64,000 nt of DNA from Eledone cirrhosa (Eukaryota): contig OZ024743.1 in NCBI GenBank assembly GCA_964016885.1, positions 127,038,001-127,102,000 of the forward strand. The letters are read 5' to 3'. The notes beneath the pieces are model-generated. The model was not told where the DNA came from. It worked only from the letters and a program-made list of their open reading frames with translations, and searched no databases. A program made the position numbers and the translations under genes. Positions 52,539 to 64,000 of the stretch are shown here, piece by piece. How positions within the stretch are numbered: the stretch's first letter is position 1; each line of letters opens with the position of its first letter.

Positions 52539-53569
52539 ATTGAAATTTGAAAGATGTGTCAGACTGCTTTTCAGAAAAGCAGTATCAGAAGATTTGAAAT
52601 ATTTTCCTAGAGCATTGGATTAAATGCCTCAGTATTTGTTCTGACTCTCTTTGCTCGCAGTTCAAATTGTACCAAGATCAACTTTACCTTTCATCCAATT
52701 AAGGTTGATAAATAAAGTACCAATCCAGGGAAGTGGGGTGGATTGGCAGAAATGTTAAAGAGTCGGATGAGACAGTTTGCTGTATTTGATTCAACTCTGT
52801 ACATTCTGAGTTCAAATAGATAGTACCAGCAATGGAAAGACCAATAGAAACATTGTTTCTTTGGTCTGATTTGATGATCAGCTCCTTTCCTTTCATCATC
52901 ATCATCATCATCATCAGGTTTAGCGTCCGTGTTCCACACTTGCATGGGTTTGGACGGGGGTTTTCCCACTTGAGGCAAGAGTGGTTGTCTTGCTCGCATA
53001 GGACTGTCTGGCGGGCTTTCTACAGCTGGATGTCCTTCCTAACACCAACCACATTTTTGTGAAACTGTTTTCATCAATATTAATTTCTATTACTTACTTT
53101 AAGTTTTTATTTGAAATCACTTGGAATCTAAATAGACTGCTTATATTTAATAAGAATTAACATAGTTTCATATAAAATAATTAAATTGACTTAAATTAGG
53201 AAACCCCTTTGTTAATTCTGCTTACATGTGCAACCTCACAGATGAAATGCAGATTTTACTCTTCATTTTTCAATATGCATTTATAAATTTATAAACTGTT
53301 CATATTTTTTTTAAATCAAAGAATTTACTTCAGTTAAGATAATTCAATATTTGCAAATTTCTTTTGAAGTTGTTAAAGTCATTAAATTTGAAAATAATAA
53401 AATTCTCAGTTATATTTTTATGGTAAAATAAAAAAAGTGATTTAAATTAATCTGTATCATAGATATAGATTAATTATTTTTAATGTCTATGTTGTTATTA
53501 TTTTGTTAAATTTAGTTCTAGAACCTGATTGCAGTTTTTATAAGTATACTTCTTATTTAACATGTTTAA

Positions 53570-53790
53570 CCCTTTAGTATTTAAACCAGCAGTATCCGGC
53601 CAGACTTCTCTCACCTCTTTCTGTTCAAACTGGTTGTAACCAGCCACTCATACCAACGTTAAGGTATTGTTCTCAAAATAAATAACACCAAAATCTCATA
53701 GATTCGATATTATGTAAGATAATTATGTGATATAAAGTCTTTAACAAGAAAATACAATAATAAATACAGAGTAATGTAAATGCTAAAGGG
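53570..53790 (-). mobile_element. piggyBac-type MITE, reverse orientation
   Basis: TTAA flanks at 53566-53569 and 53791-53794. Confidence 0.85.
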
Positions 53791-53959
53791 TTAAGTCCAC
53801 TTTTGTTGGAAACATCATTTTCACCATTATCATCATCAATTTACATATATTTTTCATACTGACATGGATTGGATATGTTGTCATGGTCTGAGACAAGATA
53901 GGTCACATAACCAAGTATTGTCATATATTCCATTTTGTCATTTTTTTCTATAGTTGAAT

Positions 53960-54790
53960 GTCTTTAATTCCAACCACTGTACAAAATAAATTTTATCATG
54001 GCACCAGCACTACCACTATACAGAGTATACTATGTGTATTTTATTGTGATATGAACACTAACACTTTACAGAGTGTAATTGTGGTACTAGCACTACCATT
54101 TTACATAGTATACTGGATATATTTTTTCATTATGCTGACACTATCATTTTACAGAGTGTACTGGGCACATCTTATAATGACAGAGCTTTCCCACTTTACC
54201 TAGTGTATTAAGTGCATTTCATCATAATACCGGCACTATTTAGGTTGCCTTATTCCCAAGAAGACTAAGAAATCTCCTACTTTGTCTTTCCTTGTGTACC
54301 AACCACTTTACAGAGTGTGCAGGGTGTATTTTATTGTGGTACCAGCACTACCAGTTTGCAACATGTACTGAATGCATTTTATGTTGGCACCAGCACTCAC
54401 TTTACAGAGTGTACTAGGTACTTTTGATTTTGATACCAGCACTATCTAGGTTTTTTTTGTCTCTGAGAAAACTAAGAGATCTCTTGACTCTACATTGTCT
54501 TTACTTATTTGTCAGTCACTTTACAGTCAGTGAGTACTAGATGTATTTTATTGCAGTACCAGCACTAACACTTGACAGAGTGTATTTTGTTAGTCCTAGC
54601 ACTACCACTTTACAGAGTGTACTGGGTTGTATTTTATTGTGGTACCAGCATTACATCTTTATAGAGTGTACTGGGTGCATTTTATCTTGATACCAGCACT
54701 ATCTAGGTTGCCTTGACCCTGAGAAAACTAAGATATCTCTTGACTCTATGATATTGTCACTCATTTGCCAAGCACTTTACAAAGTGGTTG
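53960..54790. repeat. SINE-derived tandem array (ACCACTTTACAGAGTGTACTGGGTGCATTTTAT..GG.ACCAGCACT units); resumes at 56991-57230, similar at 45200-45600
   Basis: Repeated ~45-50-bp degenerate units. Confidence 0.7.
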
Positions 54791-54800
54791 CATATTATCA

Positions 54801-56990
54801 TAATAATAATAATAATGAAATTATTGTGTAAAGTGCTCAGGTGCACTACAACTCGTCAAAGGTGTATGTATAGTACATAGAATAATACACAAATGTCAGG
54901 GAAGTGAATAGTGTATGAGTCATGGTATACATGTGTGTATGTGTATGGAGGGGGAACATTAGGTGTAGTGTTGGCGGATCTCGGGAAGCATGGAGGCCTT
55001 AAAGGATGCAGTGTCTCGACAGCGAACAACTGATGCAGGTAGTTTGTTCCATGCTTCAGCAACTCTGAGCGTGAAAAATTTTTTCAGAAAGTCATGGGAA
55101 CTGTACTGTTTTCTGACTTTGTGGGCATGCCCACGTGTGTTAGACACATGGAAATCAAAAAGGTACTCAGGGTTGTTGTTGGCAAGATGGTTAACAATTT
55201 TGTGGGTGTTTACCAAGTCAGTTGCCAGCATCGGAGCTTCAATGTATCCAAGCCCAGGGAAGCAAGGCGCTCAGAGTATGGTAGATGCCTGATGGAGGGT
55301 ATTCGCTTGGTTGCACGTCTCTGAACAGTTTCCAGGCGGTTAATGTTCTGAGCAAGATAGGGTTTCCAGACTGGTGATGCAAATTCTAAGTGTGGCCGCA
55401 CCATAGCCTTAAATAGATAGCTGGAGAGCGGCTGACAAAGGTCTTGCTGAGTGATGCTAAGACACCCTCGGCCCTCTTGACAATTTTAGAGATGTGCTTC
55501 GTCCAACGCAAATCGCTGCTAACCGTAATGCCCAGGTCACGTTCACAAGAAGACTTCTTGATATTAGTGCTGTGGAGGGAGTATGTGGACGCTGGGTTTT
55601 TAATCCCAAAATGCATGGTGGTGCACTTGTCCACAGCTAGCTTGAGTTGCCAGTCTGAGATCCATTGTTGCATTGTGTCCAGGTCAGACTGCAAGCAAGA
55701 TCTATAGTGTTCAGGATTTATCCTTTTTATCTCAAGGTACAGCTTGATGTCATCTGCGTACTTTAGTATTGTGGCATTCTTTAAGTTGGCATCTATGTCA
55801 TTAATATATGCCACAAACAAAAGGGGGCCAAGAACAGATCCCTGTGGTTCACCAGATGACATCTCATATGGTGAGGAATGCTGTCCCAGAACTGTGACTA
55901 CCGCTCTTCGACTGAGAATGAAGGATTTCAGCCAGTTAAAAAGATCATCCTTCACACCCATTGCAGAGAGTTTTGCCATAAGCCTTTTGTGTGGCACAGA
56001 ATTGAAGGCTTTCGCAAAGTCATGGTAAACAACATCCACCCATGAGCCGCCATCAGTGATCCGGGTGATGTCCTCAAGAAACTCGATAAGTTGATCACAG
56101 CAGCTGGAGTTGGGGATAAATCCAAATTGCGAGGGCCTGATAAGACTGTGAGAGCTCCAGAAGTTCCAAAGTGTTTCTCTGACACAGGATTCCATCAGTT
56201 TGGCAATGCAACTAGTAAGACTGACTGGACGATAGTTCACAGGTGATGTGCGGTCACCCTTTTTGAACAGAGGAATGACACTGGCAGTTTTCCACTGTTC
56301 TGGAGTAGCACTGTTGTTCAGACAGAATTGGAAGAAGCGTGATAACTGGTGCAGAAGGAAGTACCCACCAGGTTTAAGAAGCAGGTACGTAACACCATTA
56401 AGACCAGGAGAGGCATGGTTGCGTTTATTTTTTAGGTGACGTCGCAGCATTGCAGGCGTAAATTCCACGGTTGTAATAGAGTCCGGTGTCATAGGTGGTG
56501 GAGATGGTACACTCTGGTCTTCAATAGTGAAAATGCCTGCATAGCATTCAGCAATGAGCTCTGCGCATTCCTTGGGGTCGTCAGTAACCTGGCTTGTGTG
56601 GGGATTGTGAAGAGGACCAACTGGAGAGTGAGGCCTCTGCTTTGAGTGAACACCTTACTGTCAGGGCTGGTTGCTATGCGCTGCTCAAATTGAAGCACTG
56701 CCTTTTTTGTCACCTGTTTGAGGTGGTTGGACGATCTATTTCGCCTCTTCCTATTAATGTCTGATTTGTGAAGTTTGTACTCACGTTCAACATTGTGCCG
56801 TTCTTTTCTGGCAAGACGGACTGCTGCAGTCTCCCAAATTGCACTTTTGGGATGTTTTTTCCGCCTACGTGCACCGATGCTACACATGCTGTCCATATTG
56901 AGCTCAGGATGTTCTGGAGTACAGTGTTGACATCTCCAGAGTCGTAGAACTCAAGCCAGTTTGGCCGTTGCAACTCAGTGCAGTAACAGT
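54801..56990 (-). mobile_element. 5'-truncated CR1-clade-like LINE with (ATT)n tail
   Basis: ORFs 55386-56492 (NYRPVSLTS, QFGF, DFAKAF, QGSVLGP, YADD, RDLG) and 55210-55404 (VRPHLEF..VW.P, VQRRATK); splits a tandem array, TCATAATA at both junctions. Confidence 0.9.
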
Positions 56991-57709
56991 TCATAATATC
57001 AACACTACCACTTTACAGTGTACTGGGTGTATTTCATTGTGGTACTCATACTACTCCTTTACGCAATCTACTGGGTGCATTTGATCATGATACTAGCACT
57101 GTCTAAGTTGCCATGTCACTGAGATGGCTAAGAAATCTCTCGACTCTATGTTGTCTTTACTCATTTGCCAACTACCTTATAGAGTGTACTGTATATATTT
57201 TATCATGGCATTAACACTAGAGATATTGTCATGTACTTAACAGGAAATAGGAATCCAGACTACCCTCTTCACTCCTATTTGCCACCTAATAAATTTTGTA
57301 AAAGAAATTACATAAGGATATCATCATCATCATCATTTAACGTCCATCTTCTATGCTAGCATGGGTAGGATGGGTTGACCCTTAGAGAGAGAATAAGGTC
57401 AGAGAACCATGTTTAGCTCACCCGGGCAGATTTTGGCTTGGTTTCTAACGCCAACCACATTTTCAGTGTGCGCTGGGTACTTTTTGTCATGCCACCTACA
57501 TGACCACATTACAGTGTGAACTGGACACGTTTTGTTGTGTCGTCAAAACGACCACTTTACAGTGTGGACTGGGTGCTTTTGTGTTGGAACTAGGGAGGAA
57601 GCTTGGTGAAATTGTGGACATAGGGAAATAGGGGAGGCATGGTTACCTCAAAGGGAGGTGTGTGGAAGAGGAGAAGGTAGAGGAGTGTGTTGCCCATTAG
57701 TTATATGTC

Positions 57710-58550
57710 TCAGCTCAAGCATATGGGAGGGCCGGTCTTCTGTAGTAGTGCATAGCGCCAGAGGTCACCATCCTGTGTCATTGCCTTGGTGAGGTGTAAT
57801 TGTGCAAGGTCAGCTTTTATTACCTCATCCCAAGTCTTCCTAGGCCTGCCCACCCCATGGTTACCATCAACTTTGAGCGCTCTGCATCTTTTTACACAGC
57901 TGTCATCCTTCATACTCATCACATGTCCATACCAACGCAATCTCCTCTCTTGCACACAACAACTGATCCCACTTATGCCTAATTTCTCATGCAGTATATT
58001 TATACTTTGCCATTTACATATATTGCTATTGCACATCCAGCAAAGCATGGAGGCTTCATTTCTTTCCAATATTCACAGGTCCTCAGCAACAGTGTCCAGG
58101 TCTCAATGCTATTTGTATACATGCATCATACAGTCTAGCTTTCATTTTGAGGGAAAAACCTTTTGTAGTTATTAATGGTAGTAGCTTCCTGAACTTCCTC
58201 CAACCTGATCTCACTCTGGTTACTGTGCTTTCAGAACACCCTCCCTCACTACTGATTTAGCCACCCAGGTAACAGAAACTATCTACCACCTCTACTGAGC
58301 CCTCTGAGCATTTGAAGGTGAGTGTATCCTGAGAGTTCTTGCTACTTACTGCCCCTGTGCACTATTCACAAGTAAAACCTACATTCTCTGTTAGCCTGCC
58401 TGAGATCTCTTGTGTACCCATTGCTTGCATTTGGGACATAGAATGGAATTTCTACCTACTCCTTTTCTGCACACTGTGCAGGGCCATTTCCCAGAGGAGA
58501 TCTGGGTCCTGTTTCCCTTCTACTTACTAGGACTTTAGTTTTTGCAGGTT
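57710..58550 (-). mobile_element. RTE-clade LINE 3' portion
   Basis: RRLRWYGHV and GRPRKTW motifs in ORF 57710-58069; decayed upstream. Confidence 0.82.
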
Positions 58551-59639
58551 GACTTTATTTTCTTTATTTCCTTCAAAATTTTATAGATTTTTTTTAAAAG
58601 CAGATATTTAAATTGCTTTAACATATGAATGGAAATCATTTCAAATTTCCTAAAATAACATTAATAATTAAAGTATACCTGTAGTAAAAAATCAACAATA
58701 TATGCACATATATATCATCATCATTGTTTAATGTCCATTTTCCATGCTAGCATAGGTAGGTGGGAAATAGCATTTCTTTTATACATGTTGAAACATGACT
58801 ATTTCCTAGTTTCAGTTTCTTTATCAGAATCTTCTATTTTCTAACATGGCCTCTACAGTTCATTTAGAATAACAAAGTTCCTTGGTCCATAATTTTGTCA
58901 CTGTTTTCAGAGCTTGTGACCTCATCTTCAAGAATATTGTTGGTTTATTTTTACTGCTGCTTTTATTATAAGCATAAGTATTTTGTGTTTCTATAATTAT
59001 TTATCTATTTTTGCTTGGGATCATCATCATCATCATCATCGTTTAACGTCTATCTTCCACGCTTGCATGGGTTTGGACGGGAATTTTCCCACTTGAGGCA
59101 AGATTGGTTGTCTTGCTCGTTTAGGACTGTCTGGCGGGTTTTCTATGGCTGGATGCCCTTCCTAACACCAACCACGTTTACAGTGTAGACTGGGAGGTTT
59201 TTACCATGTTACTTACATGGCCACATTACAGCGTGGACTGTGTGTTTTTTTTGTCGTGACACCTACACGACCTCATTTATTTCGGACTGGATGTTGTGGT
59301 ACCAACATAACTTTACATCGAAAGGGGTGGTGTGGTGGGACGGGGGTGTATTTTTGTTAGAGGTGCCTACTGACTGTAGGTTTCGCTTTGTGGGATGTTG
59401 TATAATATAGACATGTTGTCCATTAATGTTGTCCTATCTAACTTTGTTTTGTAGTGTGTTGCGATTGCTTCTTGTTAAACTGCATAATGAACCTTCCTGA
59501 GCATTGTACTTGTTTAACCAATGTAACAATTGGTTTCATAAAGTTTACAACATTGAATTTATATATCCCCACTGGTCATTTATAGCTTGACCTTAGGTTT
59601 GCATGCTTGTGGTTGGTAGTTAATAAGAAAATTTTACAT

Positions 59640-60170
59640 TTTAGCCTACACAATGTTTTCTCAGCTCTCAAAGGAGCCATGACTGGAAGGCAAGGAAGCA
59701 AAGCAAATGAGAAAAATGCCTCTCTTTGTCAAAAAACCTTGCATCAGTTGTAAGAAGCATAATGCAGCTGCCAGGTTTGTGAGGCCCATAGATATGATCT
59801 CTTACACCAAACTGCATCATGAAAGTGTTGGAGGATTTCCCAATAGTAGTCCTTTGTAAATGTTTAACCTTCTGGTGCATATTTTTGATGCACAAACCAA
59901 CATGACTGTGATTTTGCTCTACACCTTATGTGCTTTTGAGCATTGGCGACATTGGATGCTTCCACTGTGATAACTGAGCTTTGGTTTCCAAGTTGTACTT
60001 CTACATCCATGTCTTATCTCCAGTTATCACAGTATTCAGGAACTAAGGATCCTTGTTGGAGGTATCAGAAGAACTGAAAATATGACAAGTAATAAAGCAC
60101 CTCACACCCTGGTTGTCTGATAGTGACTGATGCATCCAGCAAGCTTGCCAAATGCCATACATGCAGCTCT
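59640..60170 (-). mobile_element. Decayed mariner relic, third family
   Basis: Minus-strand ITGDKTWM and WKHP.SP remnants. Confidence 0.55.
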
Positions 60171-61139
60171 ACACAATTTTTTTTTTTTAAAGTCATTACT
60201 TACCATAGGAAAAATTAAAGATTAACACCTATTCGATAAACCTCACACATGCACTTTTATAAACCAAGTGTTTCAATATGACAAATATGTATATAAGAAA
60301 TATAATTTTTTTATGTTTTAATTAATAAAATCATTTTAAAGAAAATATACCCTTTCATGTAATGACTGAGAAAAAGAATAATTTATAACTTTATGATTTA
60401 TTAACAAAAACGAACCATGGTATTTAATTCAAATGACTTTACTATTAAATACAATTTGGTATCTAATTCCATTCATGTGCTGTCCCATTTTAGACCCAGT
60501 CTTCTTCTCAACACTTAATATTAAATTTTTAATTTTTAATTCTTTTTAATTGTAATATTCAACATTTGATATCATGAATTACCCCAATACATCGAAACCC
60601 GTAATATTTTTTATATTTAAAATACATTATAAAACTCATTATAAAATACATTATAAAACTTTTTTTAAAAAATTGTTCCTCTCAAAGGAGAACTGGTCAA
60701 CATCATCGGATGCTTCCGAACCTGCATGTTATTTTTCAGAGTTTCCTTCTCCTAGAAAGGTGGTGTGACAACAACTGGGGGCCTTTCACTCCCAGGCCGA
60801 AAAAAAAAAGTACTACTTGGATGGCCGTTGACTCTGTTGAGTTCCTCCGCCCTTTGCTGGGTCTTGTATTTCATCCCGCAGGGTGTCCAAATATCACCCT
60901 CCTCACCAAACAAGCTTGGTGGGGTTGCCGGTTTAGTCGCTGACGACCCGACTATGAGACACAGGTTGTAGTGGATTACATGTTACCAGTAACACTCGAG
61001 AGCGACTTGATATGAATAAATATATATATAGTTTTGTTGACAAGTATATCAATGTGTCCAGACCCGCAGATATATTGGCCTTGGTATGACAGTGTGGTTT
61101 TAGCTCAATGTAGGATAACTTAGTATACTACAGAGCCGT

Positions 61140-62903
61140 TATAAGTTTAGGAATAACCAAAGAGTGCTTAGAAATACATTGTTTTATTAGCTAACAGTGT
61201 TTCATCCATACCCTATGGCAGGAATCATCTGAGCCTATAAACAAGAGTATATCAATAGTTGCATGCTCCATCAAGCTGCGTCACCAGAACAAGGTTAAAG
61301 GACCAGCAGGGGGGTCCCGAGGCCAGCGCTATATAGAAAAAGACACAATACATGACGCACATAATGTCATAAAAAATTACATCAAAAATTTATCACATAA
61401 ATGGTGCAATAGATGATAAGGAGGTTCGGAGAGGGTAGCAAGGGATGAGTGAAAGTGTTACTCAGCATGATCAAAAACAATAAAAAAGCAAAGAAACAAA
61501 AACCCCCAAAAAACAAAAAACAAAGCAAAGCATAGATACATCAAAGCACAAGCAGTGCAAATACAGGATGTACAGGCAGATTAAGGGAGCTTGCAAGCAT
61601 GAGTCTGTGAGAATAATAGTTGGTTAGCGGTGGTGCAGCTTTACATGTAGGATTGTCCATAGGAAGGATGGTGTACTCCAGTTATATCGCCTTATAACAG
61701 GTCAATTCTCCGTATCATATCAGCACCCTACGAACAACATCCATTGGTTCCAGTTCCGAGCGTTAGACGAAATAACACTATGTTTCCAAAACATATACCC
61801 AGGGAATTTATCCGCATAGGCGGTCTGCGATAAACACCTAAAATCTAAAATAAAATAAAGTACGATGAGTTGAAGAAAGGTAAGGTACATGTACAGCCGG
61901 CACACCAGTGAGGAAATTGAAAATACGACAAGTCCGCAATAACTGCCGTCCCCCAAAGTCCTCACGTTCGGTCACTCAACCCAACGTCCCAAGTGAAATT
62001 CAGTGTATGGCCAAGTCGGCATCGAACCAAAGTGTCATACCATATACAATTATACCACAGTAAATGTAAATCGGGATGGCTATCCCGTCACATAGACAGA
62101 GAGTGTATATAGAAAACTCTGTTTCCAGCATTACCTATGGGAGTTTTCTCCCATAGGTAATAAATCTCCTGGGTGTATTTTTTGGAAAAATCTCCTGGGT
62201 ATATGTTTTGGAAACATAGTGTTATTTTGCCTAACGCTCGGAACTGGAACTGAAATGCTCAGAACTCGGAACTGGAACGTACGGAACTGGATGTTGTTCG
62301 TAGGGTGCTGATATGATACGGAGAATCGATCTGTTACAAGGCGATATAACTGGAGTACACCATCCTTCCTATAGACAATCCTACATGTAAAGCTGCACCA
62401 TCGCTAACCAACTATTCTTCTCACAGACACATGCTTGCAAGCTCTCTTAATCTGCCTGTACATCCTGTATTTGCACTGCTTGTGCTTTGATGTATCTATG
62501 GTTTGCTTTTTTTTTGGTGTGTGTGTGTGTGTGTGGGGGGGGGGGGGTTATTTTGCTTTTTTATTGTTTTTGATCATGCTGAGTAACACTTTCACTCATT
62601 CCTTGCTACCCTCTCCGAACATCCTTATCATCTATTGCACCATTTATGTGATAAATTTTTGATGTAATTTTTTATGACATTATGTGCATCATGTATTGTG
62701 TCTTTTTCTATATAACGCTGACCTCGGGCCCCCCTGCTGGTCCTTTAACCTTGTTCTGGTGACGCAGCTTGATGGAGCATGCAACTATTGATATACTCTT
62801 GTTTATAGGCTCTGATGATTCCTGCCATAGGGTATGGATGAAACACTGTTAGCTAATAAAACAATGTATTTCTAAGCACTTTTTGGTTATTCCTAAACTT
62901 ATA
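61140..62903. mobile_element. Head-to-head inverted pair of non-coding pLTR/retrozyme-like arms (61140-61803 and 62194-62903)
   Basis: ~660-710-bp arms are reverse complements with scattered mismatches and indels; each ends in hammerhead plus AATAAA. Confidence 0.85.
62808..62854 (+). ncRNA. Minimal type I hammerhead ribozyme motif
   Basis: GGCT CTGATGA TTCCTGCC-ATAG-GGTATGGAT GAAA C-ACT-G TT AGCT then AATAAA; mirror copy at ~61190-61236 reads CAGATGA. Confidence 0.65.
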
Positions 62904-64000
62904 TATATATGCATGTGTGTATTTACATTATTTTAGAATTCCTGTTGCTCCGACCAATTTTCAGTGTTGCTTCTGTACCAATCAACTGTAAAAGAACAAT
63001 TTGAGACATTTATTTCCAATGCTCACCTCATAACATAACAGTGGACTATCTTAATTATATTTACATCATTTTTACGTCCGCTTTCATATTGGCATAGATT
63101 GCTACAAACTGATCTCCATCTTGCTCATTACGTTTTTTATTTGACATGGTTTCTACAGCTCAATACCTTTCCTAATGCCAATCACTTTACAGAGTGCACT
63201 GGGGGCATTTTTTGTGGCATGATGACATGTATTCTGTCCACTAACACATTACAGAGTGATTTGGCTGCATTTTTTTGTGGCACCAGCACTAGAGAAGTTG
63301 TCATATGCCCAGCCAGATGAAAGAGTACTCTTAATGTCTATAGTCTCCATTTGATAGCCAAACATTATAGTCTCTCATGTTTACTTTTAGTGTTGCAGTG
63401 CTTGTACAGGTGACAATAATGGACATAATCTTTTGTATTATGGTATCACCAGTCAGCTCATATTTCATTTTCCCTCCTCCTCCTCATCATCAACATCATT
63501 ATCATCAGTTTATGCCTTCCTAGACAGATCTGGGGACCATATCTTGCTTACATGCATTCCAGGTTTGGCATGGCTTCTATGGTTAGATGCCCTTCCTAAC
63601 ACCAACCCCTTTGCAGAGTGTACTGAGTGCATTTTGTCATAGCACCAACACTTGAGAGGTTGTCATGAGCTTTGCACAACTGAAGAGTCTGTAGCAAGCA
63701 ATGGCACTACCTTATCACAGTGGAATAATTGGGTCGTGATTGGTCAGTCGCCAGGCTTTTAAGTCGGCGGTGTAGGAATACCAAGCAGTAACTTCTGCCC
63801 AATAGGGAAATTCGTGCCTTTTTTGATATCTACAAAACAGTTGCAGTTTTTCACTTCGCTTAACAAGGAACTTTGGCCCTCTTGGCAGGGGCCCAGCAAC
63901 ATTTCTTTCTAACAAAATATCTATTCACTTCAGTTGCGTACCAAGTTTTATCCTGAGAGGACCTATGCAACTCATTACTGATCTTTATGCAGCCTACTTC

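Overview
AT-rich, repeat-dominated eukaryotic DNA. The SINE, RTE and piggyBac-MITE repertoire suggests a cephalopod (octopus-like) genome; that is inference only. One host gene is supported: a MOGAT/DGAT2-family acyltransferase on + with four coding exons (39090-47251, 338 aa). The rest is mobile DNA: R4/Dong-clade retrotransposons nested in (TAA)n tracts (one near full length), a decayed Gypsy element and solo LTRs, a GC-rich CRE-like element, RTE and CR1-like LINEs, three mariner relics, piggyBac-type MITEs, a Helitron-like element, an 824-bp foldback element and many tRNA-derived SINEs. The most interesting signal is a set of type I hammerhead ribozyme motifs found by eye: 29537-29605 (+), 29801-29858 (-), 49875-49969 (-), 51618-51687 (+), 62808-62854 (+) and a mutated mirror copy near 61190-61236 (-). 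They are linked to Penelope-like elements and to non-coding tandem/inverted repeats. One sits in a 316-bp retrozyme-like monomer and carries a compensatory U3-A8 core. All folds, alignments and coordinates were read manually and may be off by a few bases; no activity is demonstrated.
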